This document shows, one piece after another, positions 30,226 through 40,316 of a stretch of DNA of 64,000 bases (position 1 is its first letter; every line of letters begins with the position of its first letter). The stretch lies in NCBI GenBank assembly GCA_023129415.1, contig JAGMCF010000151.1:1616-65615 (forward strand). Reading direction: 5' to 3'. The notes beneath the pieces were generated by a model. The model was given only the letters and a program-made list of their open reading frames with translations. It was not told the DNA's origin and did no database searches. This DNA is from Candidatus Cloacimonadota bacterium. Lineage in GTDB: Bacteria; Cloacimonadota; Cloacimonadia; JGIOTU-2. A program made the position numbers and the translations under genes.

Positions 30226-32643
30226 CTAAAATTCAATCATCACTCCACCAACAATCATTCTACCCCATTGATAAACCTTTTCTTTTGTTCCGTCCTCCCT
30301 ATATGCATAGTCCCAGATATTTTTTGTATTGAATAGATTATCAATTTCAAGATAACTTACTATATTTAGCTTGTCAAAAAACCAGCGATGATGTATATGG
30401 AGATCAAATCTTTTATAAGGAGGAAAACGTTTATCGTTGATATCCTTGTCTGGTAAAATTCTCCATCTTCTTAAACTATCAATATAAGTCTGTTCTGTGT
30501 ATGGTTTGCCACCTAAATACCTAAACTTGATAGAGATTTCTGTTTCATCAGAAGGGACAAGGCAAGTCCATGCAAAATAGCGTAGCCATTTACTTGCCTG
30601 TTCATACCAATTGTATTTCATAAATTCAATTTTGTAACCCAAAACACCTGTGAATACTTGCCGATAATCAAAATCCCAATCAAACTCTTTTTTGCCGGTT
30701 GAGTCTCGTGGGTCTTTTGCTTTAGCAACTGAATAGGAATAGCTTAAAGTTCCCCAGAAATCATCTTTGACCTTTTTCTGCAAAAAGAATTCTATACCTT
30801 TTGCATATCCCTTACCAACATTAACAAAATAGGTATCCCGATCATTTGGCTCAGCAGTTGTCATAGCATAATTTATAGGAACATCTTTGTATTTTTTGTA
30901 GTATGTTTCCACACTTGCTTTAATATCTTCAGAAAGTAACTGCTCAAATCCAAGAATAATCTGGTCTGTAAATTTTGGCTTTAAAACCTTATTTCGTTCA
31001 TCAAAAGTTAATTGATAATACTCAGGATTTTGATAGTGACGACCTAATCCAAAATTAAGGCTTGAATTTTCAGATAATGTATATTTCAATCCTAATCGAG
31101 GTGCAATACCCTCTTGTTCTGAATATGTAAAATAATCATATCTAAAACCGACATTAATATTTAGTAAACCGAAATTATTTTTCCATTGTATAAAAGAACC
31201 AATTTTGAAAGCATTGATATCAGCATCAATTTTGTTATCTGGTCCATAAGAATAGATATTTAAAGTATCTACGATAATCGTATCTACTATTATTGAATCA
31301 ACAACTGGATATTCATAAACAAAAACCGTATCTGGTTTCATAAACCGTTCATCTTTGGTTTCTACATTTTTCAGGTTTAAACCAAAAGAGAGTTTACCAA
31401 TCCTTGTTTTAGGAAAATTGAGGTCAAATTTAAGGGTATTATGGGCTTCATAAGAATGATTATAAAATACTCTGTGATCTGCAACTTTCTTATTTGCTTC
31501 ATAGATATCAATATGCCACCAGTTATAATTTCTGTAAAGGGTTAAAAGGGAGTAACTATTTTTGAAAATACTCCTCAGTGTTGCACCAATTGCATATTGT
31601 CCTGATTTCGCATAAATATCTTCATCTCCTGCTCCTTGTGTATAGGTTGATTCTTCATGTTTGATATCAATCCAATCATTTGCCCAAATTTGATTAAGGG
31701 TTAGCTTCTGAGTAGATGAAATATTAATCACTTGTTTGGCAAAAATGGAATGGTAATTTGGCACAGCTGTTAACCCAAAACTCTCACTAACCAAACTAAG
31801 AAAACTCCGATGGTATGAAAAGATATATGAACCACTTTTTGCTGGGAAAGGTCCTTCTATATTTCCACCATAACCAGCCATTCCAATATCGAGTTTAGCT
31901 TCAAATCGGTTTTCATTTCCATTTCTGGTAGTAATGTCTAACACCGATGATGCTTTATCTCCATATTTACTTGGGAATGCTCCAGCATAAAAATCAATTT
32001 CTTTAATAAATTCTGGGCTGAGGATACAGATTGGACCGCCACCAGAGCCCTGCCAGGCAAAATGATTCGGGTTTGATAATTCTATGTTATCTATTACAAA
32101 TAGATTCTCACCGTAATTTCCTCCCCTCACAATTATTTCATTTTCAGTATCTGAACCAGAAACTACAGCAGGAAGTGCCTGAATTGCTCTTTGAATATCA
32201 TAAGTCCCTGAAGGTTGAAGACGGATCTCTTCAACATCCAGATTTTTTGAACTAACTGGGGCATCTGGAATTTCAATGAAAAATTGTTTATTTTTAACTG
32301 TTATCCCTGACATTTTAATGGCTTCAAGATGCAAACTCACATTGAGAATTGTATTACGGTTCGGTTTAACAAATATATTTGTTTTTGTTTGGGTCTTGTA
32401 CCCCAATCTATTAAAAGTAATTTGATATGAGCCAATAGGAATATTATGAATGATATATCGTCCTTTCTCATCACTGATATATCTTATTGAATCCTCAACC
32501 ATCACTGCCACACCCGTAATTGGCTTTTTGGTTTCTTTATCAGTTATCCAGCCTGATAAACCGCCAATTTTTTCGGCAGACAAAAGATTAGTAACTATGG
32601 TAAACAGCAATAAGATTGTTAGTAGCAATTTTGATAGTTTCAT
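30226..32643 (-). CDS. TonB-dependent receptor with N-terminal carboxypeptidase-regulatory-like domain
   Basis: Signal peptide, GWITDKETKKPITGVAVMV...GSYQITFNRLGY (CarbopepD_reg-like), plug region, and terminal aromatic residue F. Confidence 0.85.
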   Translation of the reverse strand: MKLSKLLLTILLLFTIVTNLLSAEKIGGLSGWITDKETKKPITGVAVMVEDSIRYISDEKGRYIIHNIPIGSYQITFNRLGYKTQTKTNIFVKPNRNTILNVSLHLEAIKMSGITVKNKQFFIEIPDAPVSSKNLDVEEIRLQPSGTYDIQRAIQALPAVVSGSDTENEIIVRGGNYGENLFVIDNIELSNPNHFAWQGSGGGPICILSPEFIKEIDFYAGAFPSKYGDKASSVLDITTRNGNENRFEAKLDIGMAGYGGNIEGPFPAKSGSYIFSYHRSFLSLVSESFGLTAVPNYHSIFAKQVINISSTQKLTLNQIWANDWIDIKHEESTYTQGAGDEDIYAKSGQYAIGATLRSIFKNSYSLLTLYRNYNWWHIDIYEANKKVADHRVFYNHSYEAHNTLKFDLNFPKTRIGKLSFGLNLKNVETKDERFMKPDTVFVYEYPVVDSIIVDTIIVDTLNIYSYGPDNKIDADINAFKIGSFIQWKNNFGLLNINVGFRYDYFTYSEQEGIAPRLGLKYTLSENSSLNFGLGRHYQNPEYYQLTFDERNKVLKPKFTDQIILGFEQLLSEDIKASVETYYKKYKDVPINYAMTTAEPNDRDTYFVNVGKGYAKGIEFFLQKKVKDDFWGTLSYSYSVAKAKDPRDSTGKKEFDWDFDYRQVFTGVLGYKIEFMKYNWYEQASKWLRYFAWTCLVPSDETEISIKFRYLGGKPYTEQTYIDSLRRWRILPDKDINDKRFPPYKRFDLHIHHRWFFDKLNIVSYLEIDNLFNTKNIWDYAYREDGTKEKVYQWGRMIVGGVMIEF

Positions 32644-32649
32644 ATTAAC

Positions 32650-32940
32650 TCATTTTTGGGAGTGCTTGCTCTGTTAAGCAAAAGGCGACAGACCCCTCAA
32701 TTAAATCTGTTCATTATACATAACTCTGTAGATTGGCTTCTACAGAGCATTTAGAAGCCCACGATTTTAATCGTGGGTAACAATGGGAATCCACATTTCT
32801 AACCATTTTAATGGTTTATAAATTTGATAAACCGTTGAAACGGTTGATATTTTAGCCTTTTATTCTTATTATACCCACAAATGAATTTGTGGGCTTCTAT
32901 GGAGAATTCCATATTTGTGTATAATGGATAGCAATTAAAT
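32650..32940. repeat. Cluster of at least 5 short perfect hairpins upstream of the TonB receptor gene
   Basis: ctctgtagattggcttctacagag, cccacgattttaatcgtggg, aaccattttaatggtt, aaccgttgaaacggtt, cccacaaatgaatttgtggg. Confidence 0.8.
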
Positions 32941-32946
32941 TGAGGG

Positions 32947-33621
32947 CTACTCCACATTGTGAATATATTTTTCAATTTTTTCCTTATCAAGTTCACCCAA
33001 ATTTAATGCTTTTTCAATCACAAAATCCCCAATTCGCATTCTTCGCAACTCAACTAAATGTCCAACTGTTCCAAGTTTTTCAGCAATATCCTCTGCTAAT
33101 GTGCGTATATAAGTTCCTTTAGAAACTACTGTTGAAAACTTTAAAAATGGCTTCTTATAATCTAACAATCTCAACTCTTTTATCACAACAGTTCTTGGCT
33201 TTCGTTCAACAATTTCACCTTTTCTGGCAAGTTTATAAAGCCTAATACCATCCTTTTTGACTGCTGAATACATTGGTGGAATTTGCTCAATATTGCCAAT
33301 GAAATTTTTAAAAACTGCTTCTATTTGAGGAATTGACAATTCAGCAATAGGTTTTTCTTCAATAACTTTGCCTGTTAAGTCTGCTGTATCGGTCTTTTCG
33401 CCAAATTTAATCTTAGCAAAATATTCTTTATATAAATCTGAGAAATTTGAAATATATTTAGTTGCTTCTCTTCCGACAAAAACCAAAAGTACTCCAGTAG
33501 CAAATGGATCAAGCGTGCCTGCATGACCAACTTTCTTTACCCCGGTAAGATAACGGATTCTCTTAACAACTCCAAAAGAGGTTATTCCAGTCGGTTTATC
33601 AATATTAAGCAAGCCATACAT
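32947..33621 (-). CDS. truB: tRNA pseudouridine(55) synthase
   Basis: MYGLLNIDKPTGITSFGVVKRIR...GHAGTLDPFATGVLLV. The track start at 33648 lies inside the 33641-33657 hairpin. The ATG at 33621 gives the canonical N-terminus. Confidence 0.9.
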   Translation of the reverse strand: MYGLLNIDKPTGITSFGVVKRIRYLTGVKKVGHAGTLDPFATGVLLVFVGREATKYISNFSDLYKEYFAKIKFGEKTDTADLTGKVIEEKPIAELSIPQIEAVFKNFIGNIEQIPPMYSAVKKDGIRLYKLARKGEIVERKPRTVVIKELRLLDYKKPFLKFSTVVSKGTYIRTLAEDIAEKLGTVGHLVELRRMRIGDFVIEKALNLGELDKEKIEKYIHNVE

Positions 33622-33640
33622 ATAAAAAATCCTAAATCCT

Positions 33641-33657
33641 CCCGACATTTGTCGGGA
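33641..33657. mobile_element. 17-nt hairpin module flanked by a perfect 9-bp direct repeat
   Basis: cccgacatttgtcggga between ctaaatcct (33632-33640) and ctaaatcct (33658-33666). Confidence 0.6.
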
Positions 33658-33776
33658 CTAAATCCTAAATAAATTCAAAATCCAAATTTCAAATTAACAC
33701 GCATGCCAAAAGCATAATTTGCATTTGCCATTTTTCCTTTATTTATCGTTTACTTTCTGCTTCGTGTTTCTCATTG

Positions 33777-33960
33777 ATAATTAGTGTCTGTTCGTAAAGT
33801 CATTGTTTGTAGAACGACCTTTCCGTCTGGGCGCCGAGACCGACCAAGGTCGTTAATGTAAATAGGCTTTTCATGCCAAAGGCAGATCCCTCGGAAAATG
33901 TGCCTTAAGAAAACGAGCTAGGAACCTCGTTCTACATTTACGGACAGACTCTAATTAATT
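33777..33960 (-). mobile_element. MITE-like element, copy A (TIR-bounded, non-coding)
   Basis: Reverse complement of copy B apart from a few substitutions and a 25-nt insertion at 33871-33895. Termini are ttagtgtctgttcgtaaag and catttacggacagactctaattaa. The right TIR encodes the last 7 codons and stop of nrnA. Confidence 0.7.
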
Positions 33961-34918
33961 CCACAAGTTTTTCCTTTAATTCCTGTAATTCCATTTCTAC
34001 CTCAAAACCTGCAGCATGCCTATGTCCCCCACCATCATAATTTTTTGCAATTTTTTGAACATTTAGATTTTTCGATCTGAGGGAGCAACGATAATGATTT
34101 TTGTTTAGTTCACGAAAATAGATAATTACTTCATGTTCATCTGTAGGTTTTACTTCTTTTGAAAATCCTGATGTCAGTTCCATATCTACATTACAATCCT
34201 TAAGCATCTTCTGAGAAGTTAAATAACAAACAACTTTACTATCAAAATATTCTTCTATAGATGATAAAGTTTCACCTAACAATCTTAATTCAGATAATGA
34301 CCTGTTTTCAAAAAGATTAAGATAACATAAATTATTATTAGCTCCTAATTCAATCAACTTACTAGCTATTGAAAAGGTTACTGGTTTAACATTACTATTT
34401 GCAAAATTATTAGTATCATAAATCAAACCAGTATATAAAAAATTAGCAAATTTTTGTTTCCAGATTGAGGAAAAATTATTAATCTCATCTTTTAAAAGTA
34501 AATAAATTATCTCACAAGTTGAAGAAGAATAAATATCAATATATGATATTGAATTAGTAAGCTCCTCTGGTTCCTTATGATGGTCAATACAAATCAAATT
34601 CTTATAATTATCAAATATTTTTTGGATTTTTTGCCCAACTCTCTTTTTTTCATTAAAGTCGAGCATAATAATTATATAATCTGCACTATTAATAACCTTA
34701 GTTTGAACTTTATCAGATAGACCAAGAAAATGATACTTGCTCAATGGTTTATCCTGATTAATTATTTTAATATTTTTACCTAATTGTTTTAGATATAAGA
34801 ATAAAGCAAACTGTGCTCCTATTCCATCACCATCTGGATTTTCATGTGTTGTAAGAATAAAATTCTTATTATTATCAATTATCTTCCGGAATTCAAATTT
34901 AAATTCATCAATCTTCAT
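33938..34918 (-). CDS. nrnA: DHH-family phosphoesterase (NrnA-like oligoribonuclease/pAp phosphatase)
   Basis: ILTTHENPDGDGIGA, DHH at IDHHKEP, and GGGHRHAAGF (DHHA1). Confidence 0.8.
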   Translation of the reverse strand: MKIDEFKFEFRKIIDNNKNFILTTHENPDGDGIGAQFALFLYLKQLGKNIKIINQDKPLSKYHFLGLSDKVQTKVINSADYIIIMLDFNEKKRVGQKIQKIFDNYKNLICIDHHKEPEELTNSISYIDIYSSSTCEIIYLLLKDEINNFSSIWKQKFANFLYTGLIYDTNNFANSNVKPVTFSIASKLIELGANNNLCYLNLFENRSLSELRLLGETLSSIEEYFDSKVVCYLTSQKMLKDCNVDMELTSGFSKEVKPTDEHEVIIYFRELNKNHYRCSLRSKNLNVQKIAKNYDGGGHRHAAGFEVEMELQELKEKLVELIRVCP

Positions 34919-35258
34919 ATTTTTTGCGTTCTTTTTCTATAAGCAATTCTATTGAATGAGCATCTTTAGGAATATTATCATAAACAAAATTTAATTCTGG
35001 AGTATATCTTAAGTTAAGAGTTTTTGCCAGTCTCATTCTAATATATTTCTTAGCTCTATTTAAACCCTTGTGAGCATATTTACTTTCTTTATCACCAAAA
35101 ATTGAGAAATATATCGTTGCATAATGCATATCAGGAGAAACATCAACCTTTTCAATTGTAATATTTTTTACTCTTTTATCTCGTAAATCAAATCGGACTA
35201 TTTTCGACAGATTTTGTTTAATAAGTACATTTAATCTCTCTTGATGAAATTTTGACAT
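34908..35258 (-). CDS. rbfA: Ribosome-binding factor A
   Basis: 116 aa with the RbfA pattern (ITIEKVDVSPDMHYATIYFS...LRYTPELNFVYD). Operon context after infB. Confidence 0.9.
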   Translation of the reverse strand: MSKFHQERLNVLIKQNLSKIVRFDLRDKRVKNITIEKVDVSPDMHYATIYFSIFGDKESKYAHKGLNRAKKYIRMRLAKTLNLRYTPELNFVYDNIPKDAHSIELLIEKERKKYED

Positions 35259-35539
35259 TAATAATAATCCTCAATTTTAGTTATCTCAATATTAATATAG
35301 TTATTTTCAATAAAATTGATAATTGCTGATAATTGCTTCTCAATATAAGGCATTTCATTGGCAATTATAGAAATACCAAGTGTAGCATTTTTCCACTTAT
35401 CATTATTATTTATTTCAGAAATTGAAACATTATATTTATTATGTACTTTTTGTATGATACTTTTTATAATACTTCTTTTGCTTTTTAAAGATCTTGATAA
35501 TGGCAAATAAAGATTTATTATTATGCTTTTTACTGGCAT
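35258..35539 (-). CDS. DUF503 (YlxP-like) protein
   Basis: 93 aa, LYLPLSRSLKSKRSIIKSI. Conserved position between infB and rbfA. Confidence 0.8.
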   Translation of the reverse strand: MPVKSIIINLYLPLSRSLKSKRSIIKSIIQKVHNKYNVSISEINNNDKWKNATLGISIIANEMPYIEKQLSAIINFIENNYINIEITKIEDYY

Positions 35540-35548
35540 AAATTTATA

Positions 35549-37879
35549 TTATTCTATTTTTTTTCTTTCTTCGGTTTTTATGTACGCTTCAATAATAGCC
35601 CCCACCTTTATATCATTAAAATTTTCAATAGCAATTCCACATTCCTGGTCTTCATTTACCTCTTTCACTTCATTCTGAAATTTTCTAAGGGAAGCAATCT
35701 TTCCCTCATAAATTTTTATATCTTCATAGAAAAGTCTGACAAGAGCGTTATTAATAATTTTCCCTTCAGTAACAAAGCAACCAGCAACAGTACCAACTTT
35801 AGAAATTTTAAATATCTGCTTCACTTCTGCAGTTCCCATAATTTCTTCATGAATAACTGGTGCAAGTAAACCTTCAAGTGATTTTTTTACATCGTCAATT
35901 GCTTCAAAAATAACATCATATAATCTTATCTCAATCTTACTAAATTCAGCAGCTTTCCTCGCTTCAGCATTTGGACGAACATGGAAGCCAATAATAATTG
36001 CATTTGAGGCTGCAGCCAGATTTGCATCAGCTTCAACGATTCCACCAACTGCCTTATGAATTACATTAACTTCAATTTCTTCTGTTCGTATCTTTTGAAG
36101 AGCATCACAAATCGCTTCAACTGAACCATCAGTATCTGCTTTTACTATTACATTCAGTGCATTTGCCTTGATCTGTTGAATTCTATCAAATAAATTATCT
36201 AAAGTTATATCTTTACCACTTGCAATCTGTCGCTGTCTAATAATAAATTGTCTTTTGGAAGTTATTTCTCTTGCACTTTTTTCATCTTTTACAACATTAA
36301 AAGTATCACCTGCTTGCGGAACTCCATTTAAACCTAAAATCTGCACAACTCCGGATGGATAGCAGGATTTTACTGTTTGCATTCGTTCATCAATCATTAA
36401 ACGAACTTTCCCAAATTGAGCACCACAAATTGCAATATCACCAGTTTCTAAAACACTATTTTGTACTAATATTGTGGCTATTGATCCCTTTCCTTTGTCC
36501 AACTTTGCTTCAATAACAACTCCTTCTGCATTACCAGTATATCTCGCTGTCAATTCTTCAACTTCAGCAACTAAAAGAATTGTTTCTAATAAATTATCAA
36601 TACCTTCTCCAGTTTTCGCAGAGCATTCAACATACTCTACAGAACCACCCCAACCGTGCAGTCTGATATTTTGTTGACCAAGTTGAACTTTTACCTTCTC
36701 AGTATCAGCATTAGGTAGATCAATTTTATTAATGGCAATAATTATAGGTATATCTGCAGCTTTTGCATGGTCAATCGCTTCAATTGTTTGGGGCATAACG
36801 CCATCATCTGCAGCAATTACAATCACAGCAATATCTGTAATCTCTGCTCCTCTGGCTCTCATAGCAGTAAAAGCTTCATGACCGGGTGTATCAACAAATG
36901 AAATCTTTTGATTGTTAAATTCTACTTGATATGCTCCAATATGCTGAGTTATTCCACCAGCTTCACCAGCGATAATGTTACTTTTTCTTATATAATCAAG
37001 TATGGATGTCTTGCCATGATCAATATGACCCATAATTGCAACTACAGGGGGTCTTGTTTTAACCTCAACCTTATCAATCTCTTTTTGCTCTACAGATAAA
37101 ATATCACTTCCATATTGTTCTGCAAAGTCCACTTCAAAATTGAATTCATCACAAATCATTATCAACGACTCTTTATCCAACCTCTGATTGATTGTAATCA
37201 TCTTTCCAAGCTCCATGAATTTAGCAACTATCTCAATTGAATTTTTACCCATAATCTTTGCTAATTCCGAAGCTGAAGTAAACTCGCTTATAACTATTTT
37301 TTGTGGTTTTTCTTCTTTTACAACCTTATCTTTTTTATATTTTTTTACTTTTGATTCCTTTGAAAGAGTAGCTTTTATATTTCCCTTTATTTGTTGTTGA
37401 TCAAAAAATTTCTTTTCTCGTTCTTCACGAAGTCTTGCCTTTTTGTCTTTAAATCTAACTTTTTCTTTTTTCTTTTCTGTGCCAGGTTTGGTTGGAGAAG
37501 GTTTTTTTTCTAATGTTGGTTTTGCTTTTTCCTCTTCTGCTTTTATTTTTTCCAAAGGTTGTTTTTTAAACTCTCCCTTTTTTGATGACTCTTGTAAAAC
37601 TTTCTCTTCAGGACTGACGGTTTTTTCACTAACAGGTTTTCTAGATCTTTGATACTTTTTAGAACGCAATTGTTCCTGATAGGTTTTTCTCTGTTTTTGC
37701 CTTACTTTAGCTGCTTCCATCTGCTCAGAAAACATTTTATTAATTTTTTCAACAGACTCTTTATCAATATAGCTCATATGACTTTTTACAACTACAGTCA
37801 TATCCTTTAAAATCGAGATTAATGCTTGCGGAGAAATTTTTAATTCCCGAGCAAGTTCATAAACCCTTTTTTGATTCAT
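35549..37879 (-). CDS. infB: Translation initiation factor IF-2
   Basis: N-terminal [11 protein letters not shown], Lys-rich linker, GTPase motifs [21 protein letters not shown]. Confidence 0.95.
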   Translation of the reverse strand: MNQKRVYELARELKISPQALISILKDMTVVVKSHMSYIDKESVEKINKMFSEQMEAAKVRQKQRKTYQEQLRSKKYQRSRKPVSEKTVSPEEKVLQESSKKGEFKKQPLEKIKAEEEKAKPTLEKKPSPTKPGTEKKKEKVRFKDKKARLREEREKKFFDQQQIKGNIKATLSKESKVKKYKKDKVVKEEKPQKIVISEFTSASELAKIMGKNSIEIVAKFMELGKMITINQRLDKESLIMICDEFNFEVDFAEQYGSDILSVEQKEIDKVEVKTRPPVVAIMGHIDHGKTSILDYIRKSNIIAGEAGGITQHIGAYQVEFNNQKISFVDTPGHEAFTAMRARGAEITDIAVIVIAADDGVMPQTIEAIDHAKAADIPIIIAINKIDLPNADTEKVKVQLGQQNIRLHGWGGSVEYVECSAKTGEGIDNLLETILLVAEVEELTARYTGNAEGVVIEAKLDKGKGSIATILVQNSVLETGDIAICGAQFGKVRLMIDERMQTVKSCYPSGVVQILGLNGVPQAGDTFNVVKDEKSAREITSKRQFIIRQRQIASGKDITLDNLFDRIQQIKANALNVIVKADTDGSVEAICDALQKIRTEEIEVNVIHKAVGGIVEADANLAAASNAIIIGFHVRPNAEARKAAEFSKIEIRLYDVIFEAIDDVKKSLEGLLAPVIHEEIMGTAEVKQIFKISKVGTVAGCFVTEGKIINNALVRLFYEDIKIYEGKIASLRKFQNEVKEVNEDQECGIAIENFNDIKVGAIIEAYIKTEERKKIE

Positions 37880-37888
37880 ATTTTGCCT

Positions 37889-38200
37889 CTAATCATTTAA
37901 AATCTTCTTAATACCTTCTATAAAATGTATGTTGTTAATAGCTACTAATGTTAATTTTCGTCTGCCAAAAATTTTACCTAAATCTTCATCAGAAAAAATA
38001 AAGGAAATTTGAAAACCTTTTAGCTTACATATTTCAGCCTTCTTTCTTATAAAACTGTTATCTTTCTTTCCAGAAAATATTAACCCGTTCTTATGTCTGA
38101 AAATCCATTTTTCTACCGCCTTTCTGCCTAATTCAACAGCTTTAGCTTTCCTCGCTAATCTTAACATATTAGCTATTTTCTCTTTCTTTTCTTCAACCAT
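37889..38200 (-). CDS. L7Ae-family RNA-binding protein (YlxQ-like)
   Basis: 103 aa. Conserved position between ylxR and infB. LRLARKAKAVELG pattern. Confidence 0.7.
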   Translation of the reverse strand: MVEEKKEKIANMLRLARKAKAVELGRKAVEKWIFRHKNGLIFSGKKDNSFIRKKAEICKLKGFQISFIFSDEDLGKIFGRRKLTLVAINNIHFIEGIKKILND

Positions 38201-38394
38201 TTTTCAAGTTTATTTATGCAATTTGAAGTTACACAGCAATAATATCCTCTACCTTGCATTTTTTGTTTATAATCAAAAACTATAATATCATTTTTAATTA
38301 CGAATCTTAATAAATTTGGTTTTGCATCTTTATTTTTACATATAACACAAGTTCGGCTGGGTATATGTCCTGCATTACTTGCTTTGTTTACCAT
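38173..38394 (-). CDS. YlxR (DUF448) RNA-binding protein
   Basis: IPSRTCVICKNKDAKPNLLRFV, GRGYYCC. Confidence 0.85.
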   Translation of the reverse strand: MVNKASNAGHIPSRTCVICKNKDAKPNLLRFVIKNDIIVFDYKQKMQGRGYYCCVTSNCINKLEKWLKKRKRK

Positions 38395-38464
38395 CTCGCC
38401 CGGTTAGAAATTTTATCTGAATTATTATTTTCTTATATTTGCATTTAGCCAATTTCTAATAGGG

Positions 38465-39700
38465 TTAGAAATATTTAGCAGATTCTTTAATTTTTTCTGC
38501 AGTTTTCACACCGATACCTTCAATCTGGCAAAGTTCACGAATGGAAGCAAGATGTATATCCTGAACAGAAGTATAACCTGCATTATGTAAGATTCTTCCA
38601 ATATTTTCCGTAACACCTTCAAGTTCAAAAATAGGACTTGTAATTCTGCGTTCATTAGCTGATATTTCTTCATATTCCTCTTCTAATAAGACATCCAATT
38701 TATAATTCGTAAGTTTTGCTGCTAATTTAATATTTTTACCACCTTTACCAATTGCAATATTCTTATTCTTTGGGTCAGCAATAATTTGTGCAAATTTTCC
38801 TTTATCCGCCAAATATACTCTTTTTACTAACTCATTACCAACACTATTTTTAATAAATTGTTCATGATTCTCACTCCAAACAATTATATCAACCTGTTCA
38901 CCGTGAAGTTCCTTTTTTATCTCTTCAATTCTCATACCTTTTGGTCCAACACAACTTCCAAATGCATCAATATTTTTATTTGTACTATAAACAGCAACTT
39001 TGGTTCGATATCCCGGTTCTCTTACAATCTTCTTAATAACAACATATCCATCTAATATTTCTGGGATCTCACTTTCAAATAATTTTATTATAAATTCCGG
39101 TCTCCTTCTTGAAAGTATTACCCTTACTCTTCCTTTTTGATTTCTAATATTAGCAATATATGCTTTTATATAATCGCCTGACTTATAAAATTCAGTCTCA
39201 ATTTGTTCTTCTGTTGGGAGTAACCCTTCAGTAAAACCAATATTAACAATATAACCATTATATTCCACCTTTTTTACAACACCAGATACAATTTGTCCTT
39301 TTTGCTTTTCATAATCAACCTTGATTTTTTCAGTTTCAGACTCCCTTATTCTATTAATTATAGCCTGTCTTGCTGATTGAATTGTTTTCCTGCCAAATTC
39401 AGAGATAGGAATTTCAACTGAAATATAATCATCGATCTGAGCTGTTGGAATAATCTTCTGAGCATCTTTTATGCTGATTTCATCAAAATTCTTCTTGACT
39501 TCTTCAACTACTTTTGTTGATAATTTGGCAACCACTTTATTTTCATCAAAATTAATTTCAACAGATAATTCACAATTTGGATTTAACTTCTTTGATAATG
39601 TTGCTTCTAAACTATCTTTAATTATATCTGCAATAACTTCCCTTTTTATCTGTTTAAGCCTTGCAAATTCATCTATAATTGCAATTAAATTAAATCCCAT
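38465..39700 (-). CDS. nusA: Transcription termination/antitermination factor NusA
   Basis: N-terminal domain, S1 domain (GQIVSGVVKKVEYNGYIVNIG), KH domains (GSCVGPKGMRIEEI, IAIGKGGKNIKLA). The track start at 39766 overlaps rimP by 59 nt. The ATG at 39700 has an AGGTG 5 nt upstream and is preferred. Confidence 0.95.
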   Translation of the reverse strand: MGFNLIAIIDEFARLKQIKREVIADIIKDSLEATLSKKLNPNCELSVEINFDENKVVAKLSTKVVEEVKKNFDEISIKDAQKIIPTAQIDDYISVEIPISEFGRKTIQSARQAIINRIRESETEKIKVDYEKQKGQIVSGVVKKVEYNGYIVNIGFTEGLLPTEEQIETEFYKSGDYIKAYIANIRNQKGRVRVILSRRRPEFIIKLFESEIPEILDGYVVIKKIVREPGYRTKVAVYSTNKNIDAFGSCVGPKGMRIEEIKKELHGEQVDIIVWSENHEQFIKNSVGNELVKRVYLADKGKFAQIIADPKNKNIAIGKGGKNIKLAAKLTNYKLDVLLEEEYEEISANERRITSPIFELEGVTENIGRILHNAGYTSVQDIHLASIRELCQIEGIGVKTAEKIKESAKYF

Positions 39701-39707
39701 CTCGCAC

Positions 39708-40196
39708 CTAATTCTTTCTATTTTTTTTAGAGAATTCAGATGACCAGTTAAATACTGCCTTGGCATTCTTTATCTGTTCATAAAATATGGTAATATTTTT
39801 TTCCTCATCTAATTTAATAGAGATAGAATCTTCATTGGCAGATTTCAGAACGCCTTTTACTATTTGAATGTTCTGTTCATCGTTAAGAAATTTAATCTTA
39901 ACTAATTCATTTAGAGCATCAATAAAATGTTGAGGAGTTTTCAAATTTCTATTAAGACCTGGAGATGAAACTTCCAAAACATATCTTGATTCAAATATGT
40001 CTCTCATATCCAATTCATCTCCAATCTCCTGGCTAATTTTCTGGCAGTCATCCAATGTAACACCATTTTTCCTGGTAATATAAACCACCAGAGATTGATT
40101 ATTATGTCTTCCTTTTAACTGCCAATCATAGAGCTGAATATTCATTCTTTGACATACTTTTTTAATAATATCTTCCAAAATTTCATTATTTTTCAT
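39708..40196 (-). CDS. rimP: Ribosome maturation factor RimP
   Basis: 162 aa, YVLEVSSPGLNRNLK motif, position upstream of nusA. Confidence 0.9.
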   Translation of the reverse strand: MKNNEILEDIIKKVCQRMNIQLYDWQLKGRHNNQSLVVYITRKNGVTLDDCQKISQEIGDELDMRDIFESRYVLEVSSPGLNRNLKTPQHFIDALNELVKIKFLNDEQNIQIVKGVLKSANEDSISIKLDEEKNITIFYEQIKNAKAVFNWSSEFSKKNRKN

Positions 40197-40213
40197 ACTG
40201 TATTTTTCTCATA

Positions 40214-40240
40214 CAAAAAATGCTCCGAACAATCGGAGCA
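40214..40240 (-). terminator. Intrinsic-terminator-like hairpin in the rimP leader (candidate attenuator)
   Basis: Minus strand reads gctccgattgttcggagc followed by attttttg. It ends about 18 nt upstream of the rimP ATG. A TTGACA lies at 40286-40291 (minus) upstream of it. Confidence 0.6.
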
Positions 40241-40316
40241 AAAACTCGCTCTGCTTTTAGTTAAATTTGCTGATTAATAATTTTTTGTCAAATATTATAG
40301 GATTTTTCAGGAAATA

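Noticed and set aside
32644-32946. Cobalamin or another riboswitch upstream of the TonB-dependent receptor
   Set aside because: The leader is long and structured, but I could not find a B12 box or any other riboswitch core. The hairpins belong to the dispersed repeat vocabulary.
39701-39766. Extended N-termini given by the ORF track: nusA 39766, tkt 7470, epimerase 13559, ispF 27647, YVTN protein 55397, truB 33648
   Set aside because: The extensions use TTG/GTG starts, or overlap the preceding gene or a hairpin. Internal ATGs with an RBS give canonical N-termini.
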